Assembly: GCA_964519805.1 (NCBI GenBank)
Contig: CAZFKN010000002.1
Location: 3,814-67,813 of the forward strand
Direction of reading: 5' to 3'
DNA length: 64,000 bases
DNA from: an uncultured Gemmatimonadaceae bacterium
GTDB lineage: Bacteria > Gemmatimonadota > Gemmatimonadetes > Gemmatimonadales > GWC2-71-9
Shown: positions 58,703 through 64,000 of the stretch, one piece after another
Numbering within the stretch: position 1 is the first letter of the stretch
Layout: every line of letters begins with the position of its first letter
The notes under the pieces: generated by a model
What the model saw: only the letters and a program-made list of their open reading frames with translations
Told to the model about the DNA's origin: nothing
Databases searched by the model: none
Position numbers and translations under genes: made by a program

Positions 58703-59631
58703 CTCGCCAGGACCTGGTTGCGGTGCTCCTCGGCCGCAGGGTTACCGCTCGCCCGAAGTGCGAGGGCCAGCACCGCGGCGCTGTCGGCCTGAAGGACCGC
58801 GGCACCGTGCTGTGCCGCGATCGTGCCGGCGGCCTCGGCCTCGCGAATCGCTCCGTCGAAATCGCGGCGCTTGAGCGCGGCACGGGCGCCGATGCGCCGC
58901 GCTTCCGCGATGCCGAGGGCGTCGTCCGCCGATTGGGCCAGGCGGATCGCATGCGCCACCTCCCGCTCCGCCAAGCCGAGCTCCCCGGCATCCACGTGGA
59001 CTTCGGCCCGCCCGGTCACGGTGAGCGCCAGCAGCGCGCTCTCGCCCACCAGCTCGGCGTGCCGCACCGCCTCGGCCGACGCGTCCTCGGCCTCGGCCAG
59101 CTCGGCCATGCCGCGGAACGCGAGCCCGAGGTTGTGGTACGTTTCCGCCGCGCCGCGCCGGTCGCCCAGCCGCTGATAGGATAGCAGGGCGCCGCGGAAG
59201 AGACTGAGCGCGTCGTTGGCCCGCCCGCGAATATGACTCAGCGACGCGAGGTTGTTGCTGGCGCGGGCCACGAGCAGGGAGTCCCCCAGCTCCCGAGCGA
59301 GCGACAGCGCCCCACGGAACGCCTCCTCGGCGTCGCCCAGACGGCCCTGCTCGAAGCCGATCACGCCAAGCAGGTTGAGCGCCCGCATCCGACCGTCGCG
59401 GTCACCCCGGCTGCGGAAGCCGGCGAGCGCTGCCTCAGCCAGCGAGCGGGCCGTGTCGAGCTCGCCGACGCGGGTCGCAGCCGTAGCAGCCAGGAGCAGC
59501 AGCTCGGGCCGCCGACGGACGGACGGCCCATCGAGCTCCCGGAACGTCCGGAGCGCGTCCGCAAAGCGGCCCGCGGCGACCAGGTCGCGGAGGACCTGGG
59601 CTGCGTCACCGGCGGGAGGCGTGGGCGTCAT
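58636..59631 (-). CDS. tetratricopeptide-repeat protein
   Basis: 331 aa of repeated TPR-like helical hairpins (A/L/R/G-rich, for example RALNLLGVIGFEQGRLGDAEEAFRGALSLARELGD). No signal peptide. Confidence 0.7.
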   Translation of the reverse strand: MTPTPPAGDAAQVLRDLVAAGRFADALRTFRELDGPSVRRRPELLLLAATAATRVGELDTARSLAEAALAGFRSRGDRDGRMRALNLLGVIGFEQGRLGDAEEAFRGALSLARELGDSLLVARASNNLASLSHIRGRANDALSLFRGALLSYQRLGDRRGAAETYHNLGLAFRGMAELAEAEDASAEAVRHAELVGESALLALTVTGRAEVHVDAGELGLAEREVAHAIRLAQSADDALGIAEARRIGARAALKRRDFDGAIREAEAAGTIAAQHGAAVLQADSAAVLALALRASGNPAAEEHRNQVLASYRSLGADPLIVRFEREWEELG

Positions 59632-59646
59632 TGAAGCGTCACTCCC

Positions 59647-60243
59647 TCAATACGCCAACGCGTAGCGGCTGAACCCGAGGAGGTTGCCTGCGACCTCCTT
59701 CTGGTCCTTGAGCACCGCCGAGCCGATCTGCACGAACGGCGCGGCGTCGGCTTCCTGGCGCCAGATCGCGATCTTCGCCTCGATCGCCGAGTCCACCCCT
59801 TCCGCCTCCGCGTAGTGGATGCGGAATTGGGCCGGATCGGCCGGGTTGAATCGCAGGCCCGTCGGCTCGAGGCGGATGAGTACCTGAGTCGGGTCGTCCA
59901 CCGCCATCGTGATCTGGATGCACTCGGTCGCCCCGAACGGGGTGCCATCAGGCTTCGAGAGCAGCGTGCTGCTGTCGAGCCTGAGGCGGGCGAACTCCTC
60001 GCCCTGGCCCCCCTGGCCGTCGCTGAAGAACAGGCGCCCTTCCGCACCGCTCCCGTTGCACGCGTTGAACGTCGTGGTCGCGGCGAAGAGCGGCGGCGCG
60101 GTAGGCGCGAGGCGCAGGATGTTGAGCTCGCCCGGCATCCGCGACTGCAACGGCCCCGTCGAGTCGCCGCAGGCCAGCGCAGCCAGCAGCGCGGCGATCT
60201 GGATCGGTCCCCTCGTCCTACGCATCATGGATCTCCCGCGCAC
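59647..60243 (-). CDS. hypothetical lipoprotein
   Basis: Signal peptide with lipobox (IAALLAALAC-G). No recognisable family. Start at GTG 60243 or ATG 60228. Confidence 0.55.
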   Translation of the reverse strand: MRGRSMMRRTRGPIQIAALLAALACGDSTGPLQSRMPGELNILRLAPTAPPLFAATTTFNACNGSGAEGRLFFSDGQGGQGEEFARLRLDSSTLLSKPDGTPFGATECIQITMAVDDPTQVLIRLEPTGLRFNPADPAQFRIHYAEAEGVDSAIEAKIAIWRQEADAAPFVQIGSAVLKDQKEVAGNLLGFSRYALAY

Positions 60244-60246
60244 GGG

Positions 60247-61605
60247 TCAAGGATCGTCGTCGGTCAACCCGTCCAACAGCCGGTGAAGACGGGGTCGCGA
60301 GATGCCGAGCCGGCGCGCAGCCTCACTCTTGTTGCCGCCGGTGAGCCGCAGCATGCGGGCGGCGGCGGCCCGGGTCAGCGTCGCCAGGTCGACCGGAAAC
60401 GGCAGGCCGTCGCTTGCGGTCGCGCGCTCCGCCGATGGCTGGAGCTCTTCGAGCAGGAGCGAGCCGGGCGGCGACAGCACCAGCGCACGCTCGATCGCAT
60501 TGCGGAGCTCGCGCACGTTGCCGGGCCATCCGTGTCCCCGGAGGACCGCCCGCACCTCGGGCGTGAGCGGCGGCACCGGAAGCCCATAGCTCGTCGCGAG
60601 ACGGGCCAGGAAGGTCTCGGCCAGAAGCTCGGCGTCGCCTTCTCGCTCTCGAAGCGGCGGCAGCACCAGAGCCACCACGTGCAACCGGTAGTACAGGTCC
60701 TCGCGGAACTCTCCCCGTCGCACCGCGGCGGCGAGGTCCACATGGGTGGCGGCGATCACGCGGACATCCACCTGGCGCGTGGCCTGCCCACCGACGCGTC
60801 GGATCTGCCGGCCCTCGAGTGCCCGGAGCAGCTTGGGCTGGAGCTCGAGCGGCAGGTTGCCGACCTCGTCCAGCAGGAGGGTGCCGCCGTGAGCCATCTC
60901 GAAGAGGCCTGGCTTCGCCGCGGTAGCACCGGTGAAGGCGCCGCGTTCGTGGCCGAACAGCTCGCTTTCGAGCAAGCCGGCGGGGATGGCCGCGCAGTTG
61001 ATGTCCACGAACGGCGCCGCCGCCCGCGGGCTTGCATAGTGAATGGCCCGGGCGAGCAGCTCCTTACCGGTGCCGGTCTCGCCGCCGATCAGCACGGTAA
61101 CGTCGCCGTGCGGGGCCACGCGGGCCGCGAAACCGAGCGTCCGCTGAAGCGCGGCGCTGCGCCCGAGGATCGTCTCGAATCCCGTCGCCCGGCGCTCATG
61201 CTCCGCGAAACGGGCCGCCTCCCGCCGACCGCGTGCCTCCCGCAACTCCCGCTCGAGCGACCGGCGGAGCAGATCGAGGTCCTCGGGGAGCACGAAGTAG
61301 TCGCCGGCCCCTCGTTGCAGCGCGGTCGCGGCGAGGCGGTGATCGGCGGCCGCTCCCACGACGAATACCGGGGCGCCGCTCTCGCGAAGATCGCCGAGCA
61401 GGTCGAGCGCGGGGCCCTCCTCGCCTCCGGCGAGCACCAGGACGACCGCCACCCCGGGCGGCGGCGTCTCGGCAGTGGCCGGGGCCCACTCGAGCACATC
61501 AGCGCCGAGCTCCGCCGCGACCTGCGTCACGGCGGAGCGAAAGCTGTCCGACAGGCGGACCAGGGCGATCCAGACCGGCTCAGTCTTCGGCACCGTCCTC
61601 GTCAT
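60247..61605 (-). CDS. sigma-54-dependent transcriptional activator (bEBP) with pseudo-receiver domain
   Basis: AAA+ core with Walker A GETGTGKE, an intact GAFTGA loop, and a C-terminal Fis-type HTH (NKSEAARRLGISRPRLHRLL). The N-terminal receiver-like fold lacks the acidic pocket, the phospho-acceptor Asp and the conserved Lys. Confidence 0.9.
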   Translation of the reverse strand: MTRTVPKTEPVWIALVRLSDSFRSAVTQVAAELGADVLEWAPATAETPPPGVAVVLVLAGGEEGPALDLLGDLRESGAPVFVVGAAADHRLAATALQRGAGDYFVLPEDLDLLRRSLERELREARGRREAARFAEHERRATGFETILGRSAALQRTLGFAARVAPHGDVTVLIGGETGTGKELLARAIHYASPRAAAPFVDINCAAIPAGLLESELFGHERGAFTGATAAKPGLFEMAHGGTLLLDEVGNLPLELQPKLLRALEGRQIRRVGGQATRQVDVRVIAATHVDLAAAVRRGEFREDLYYRLHVVALVLPPLREREGDAELLAETFLARLATSYGLPVPPLTPEVRAVLRGHGWPGNVRELRNAIERALVLSPPGSLLLEELQPSAERATASDGLPFPVDLATLTRAAAARMLRLTGGNKSEAARRLGISRPRLHRLLDGLTDDDP

Positions 61606-62467
61606 TATCCCGAAAGGCCCGCAGGGATCGCTTGATGTTGTCCTGCACCAGACCCTCGTTGGGCTGGCCTTTCGCCGCAGACGCGGGATCGACGAGCGTG
61701 CCCCCTGACGTAGCGAACCAACCCGCGACGTCGAAGAAGATCGTCAGATCGGTTGGACCGCTCTGGGCGACGACCAGCGGCGGCGACAGCTGGACCTTCT
61801 GCTTCGCGTCGAGATCGCTGGTGAAGGTGAACGAGGTTCCGTTCCAGGTGCCCTGGACCCGGATGCTGATGCCCGCGAACCCCGGGTTGGCGGTGAGGAA
61901 CGCCGCGTCGCCGGTGGAGCCGTTCTCGGGCTTGTGAATCTCGAACTCGACCTTGTCGAACGTGCCCGCGTCGATGGTCACAGATACGGAATGCTGGGCA
62001 CCGGAGGTCGTGACCGGGACGTCGACGAGCACTGGCCCGACTTCCAGCTCCTCACAGTCGTCGTTGCCGTCGATCCCGTTGTCGTCGCCCATGTCATGGC
62101 CGTGATCGTCCGCTGTCCCGGTGCTGGCAGCGGCTCCGCCGGAAGTCGCGGTGGTGCTGGCGCTCACGGGGGTACTGCTATCGTCGCAAGCGCCGTCGTG
62201 TCCGACCCGCTCCAGCTCAACCTTCCGCAGTACGACCTGCACGCTGGTAAGCACGAGTGTGTTGGTCCCGTCGGTGAACGTCCCTGGCGTGGGCGAGGTG
62301 ACGTCGAGGGACACGCCTCTCGCACTGATGCCGGCGGCGGATCGCGGCCGACTGGCGACGTTCAAGTTCAGTTGCGCTTGGGCGCCGGGCGCGGTGCCGG
62401 ACCCGCTGCAGGCGGCGACCGCGGCGAGGCCTGAGAGGGCGAGCGCGAGGTAAGTGTTGGCAGCCAT
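61580..62467 (-). CDS. hypothetical lipoprotein with Asp/His-rich insert (loosely DUF4382-like)
   Basis: Lipobox LAAVAAC-S from ATG 62467, preceded by GGAG. Beta-rich sequence with the acidic insert DDHGHDMGDDNGIDGNDDCEE. The 3' end overlaps the activator start by 26 nt. Confidence 0.6.
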   Translation of the reverse strand: MAANTYLALALSGLAAVAACSGSGTAPGAQAQLNLNVASRPRSAAGISARGVSLDVTSPTPGTFTDGTNTLVLTSVQVVLRKVELERVGHDGACDDSSTPVSASTTATSGGAAASTGTADDHGHDMGDDNGIDGNDDCEELEVGPVLVDVPVTTSGAQHSVSVTIDAGTFDKVEFEIHKPENGSTGDAAFLTANPGFAGISIRVQGTWNGTSFTFTSDLDAKQKVQLSPPLVVAQSGPTDLTIFFDVAGWFATSGGTLVDPASAAKGQPNEGLVQDNIKRSLRAFRDNDEDGAED

Positions 62468-62509
62468 TGGGGAACTCCGCAGTTGAGGACTTCTCTGCGT
62501 CTTCTGGCA

Positions 62510-62525
62510 AGCAAGCGGAGTACCG
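62510..62525 (-). promoter_or_regulatory. candidate sigma-54 (-24/-12) promoter
   Basis: The minus strand reads CGGTACTCCGCTTGCT, that is GG-N10-GC with TTGCT at -12. It matches 9 of 12 specified positions of TGGCACG-N4-TTGCW. It lies about 45 nt upstream of lipoprotein ATG 62467, in the operon that encodes a sigma-54 activator. Confidence 0.4.
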
Positions 62526-62674
62526 TTAGAGGCCCTCAATTCAAGTGATTATTTTGCAGAGCGTTACGCGGCTGGGTCGTGGGTCGCCGCGGATGTGGCT
62601 GCAATGTGATAATGCAATATGTAATGTTCTGTTCCATCCGCCAGCAGGCCAACCGGCCATCCGGAGGAGCTGTC

Positions 62675-64000
62675 GTGACCAACCTCGGAGCACTCCTGGC
62701 AGTCGGCCTCGCCCTCGGGCTGGGCGGATGCCGGTTGGGCGACCGCTCGAGCGGCACCGCCCGCCCCGTCGTGGTTGCGGCCGTCGGAGAGCCGTCGAGC
62801 ATCCTGCCGCCACTCGCGGTGGAGACGGTGGCTCGCGACATCGGCGATCTCGTCTATGAGCGGCTAGCCGACCTCGAGCCCGGCAAGCCGCCGATCGACA
62901 CTGCGGCCTACCGACCGCGGCTGGCCGAGCGGTGGGAGCGACTGGATTCGCTCACCCTGCGATTCCACCTCGCACCCCGGGCGCGTTGGGCGGACGGCAC
63001 GCCGGTGACGGCCGAGGATGTTCGCTTCTCGTTCGAGGTGTTCTCCGACTCCATTCTCGACGCGGTGGCGCGCCCGGCGTTGGCCGGGCGAGTGCGCGTG
63101 ACGGTGGAAGACCCGCGGACGCTGCTCGTCCGGTTCCGTGACGCATACCCCGAGCAGCTCTACGATGCGACCTATCTGGTGCGGGTGCTGCCGCGCCACG
63201 TCTGGGAGGGCCTGCCGCGAGGGGCATGGCTCACGGACACGACGACCGCCCGCCTGGTCGGATCGGGGCCATTCCGGGTGCGCGAATGGAGGCGGGGTCA
63301 GTACCTGACTCTCGAAGCCCGAGGCGAGTCGAGCGTCCGGACCATCGTCTGGCGCTTCACCAGCGATCCCGACGCGGCACTGAACCTCGTGCTCGCGCAC
63401 GAAGCCGATCTCATGGAGCTCGCGGCCGCGCCACAGGGGATTACCCGCGTGGCGGCAGACACGGCGCTCCGGCTCGTGCGCTACCCCTCGTCGGCGTATG
63501 GCTTTCTCGGCTTCAATCTCGACGAGGCGGGTGATCGGCCTCATCTCATCCTCGGCGATCGCGCCACTCGGCGGGCGCTTGCCATGGCCGTCGATCGGCC
63601 GACGCTGGCACGATCGGCGTTCGACGCCGGCGCGGTCGCGCCCCCTGGCCCCATGTCAAGGTTGCTCTGGATCTGGACCGACGACATCCGCACGCTTCCC
63701 TTCGACACGGCCGCGTCGGCGCGCGCGCTCGATGCGGCCGGCTGGCGTCGGGGTGCGGACGGCGTCCGCCGAAAGGGCGCTCGAACGCTGGGCTTCGATA
63801 TTCTGGTGCCATCGACCAGCAGCGTTCGCCGCCAGCTGGCCCTTGCGCTCCAGGCGATGCTCGCGGGAGTCGGCGCCAAAGTCACGGTGACGGCGGTCGA
63901 CTTTCCGGTGTTCCAGGAGCGACTGCAACAGCGGCGCTTCGACGCCTACATCGGCGCGTGGCTCGACGACCCGAGTCCGCGGGGGCTCACTGATCAATGG
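62675..64000 (+). CDS. ABC transporter substrate-binding protein, family 5 (peptide/nickel type), 3'-truncated by window edge
   Basis: The ORF is open from GTG 62675 (GGAGGAG 6 nt upstream) to the window end, so it is absent from the closed-ORF track. Lipoprotein signal LAVGLALGLGGC. SBP_bac_5-like pattern (RWADGTPVTAEDVRFSFE, GSGPFRVREW). Confidence 0.85.
   Translation, partial: MTNLGALLAVGLALGLGGCRLGDRSSGTARPVVVAAVGEPSSILPPLAVETVARDIGDLVYERLADLEPGKPPIDTAAYRPRLAERWERLDSLTLRFHLAPRARWADGTPVTAEDVRFSFEVFSDSILDAVARPALAGRVRVTVEDPRTLLVRFRDAYPEQLYDATYLVRVLPRHVWEGLPRGAWLTDTTTARLVGSGPFRVREWRRGQYLTLEARGESSVRTIVWRFTSDPDAALNLVLAHEADLMELAAAPQGITRVAADTALRLVRYPSSAYGFLGFNLDEAGDRPHLILGDRATRRALAMAVDRPTLARSAFDAGAVAPPGPMSRLLWIWTDDIRTLPFDTAASARALDAAGWRRGADGVRRKGARTLGFDILVPSTSSVRRQLALALQAMLAGVGAKVTVTAVDFPVFQERLQQRRFDAYIGAWLDDPSPRGLTDQW

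Noticed and set aside
59815-61635. 606-aa plus-strand ORF antisense to the lipoprotein and sigma-54 activator genes
   Set aside because: Shadow ORF rich in Arg/Gly/Glu. The minus strand carries the Walker A, GAFTGA and Fis-HTH motifs.
62597-62620. Possible sigma-54 promoter on the plus strand (TGGCTGCAATGTGATAATGCA) for the substrate-binding protein gene
   Set aside because: The GG and GC dinucleotides are 15 nt apart rather than 10, so the -24/-12 geometry fails. I interpret the region instead as a possible enhancer palindrome for the minus-strand promoter.

Overview
High-GC bacterial chromosomal segment. The lineage cannot be determined from the sequence alone. GWxTD, bacilliredoxin, bactofilin and MMPL families plus apparently leaderless operon starts would fit a Gemmatimonadota- or Acidobacteriota-like organism, but that is only an impression. 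I call 64 protein-coding genes, two of them truncated by the window edges. They are packed into tight operons in which many neighbours share ATGA/GTGA stop-start overlaps. I saw no rRNA, tRNA, CRISPR array, transposase, integrase or phage genes. Housekeeping content: pyrE, polA, rnd, def, a complete sufR-sufBCDSU Fe-S cluster operon, mnmG, parA-parB, queG, plsC and a copZ-copA-csoR copper operon. Most notable observations: (1) Two parS sites, one a perfect 16-bp palindrome inside the 3' end of mnmG, sit upstream of a translationally coupled parA-parB-M23 peptidase-bactofilin operon. This links chromosome segregation genes to a cell-wall/cytoskeleton module. (2) A minus-strand four-gene module (lipoprotein, sigma-54 activator with a fully degenerate receiver domain, lipoprotein, TPR protein) is preceded by a GG-N10-GC sigma-54-type promoter and a TGCA-N9-TGCA palindrome about 85 bp upstream. 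(3) An EF-G paralogue has lost the switch-II catalytic His and the NKxD motif. It lies downstream of an ABC exporter. (4) A translationally coupled operon encodes a PLP enzyme, a LOG-family protein, a deoxyhypusine-synthase-like protein and an MFS transporter. (5) A ~105-bp palindrome is built from heptanucleotide repeats (GTGAGAR/GTAAGRA), and a related heptad element shares an 11-mer with it at another gene 3' end. (6) TANNNT boxes recur 6-9 nt upstream of operon-initial start codons, suggesting leaderless mRNAs. All functional calls rest on motif recognition by eye and on gene context. No database search or computation was possible.
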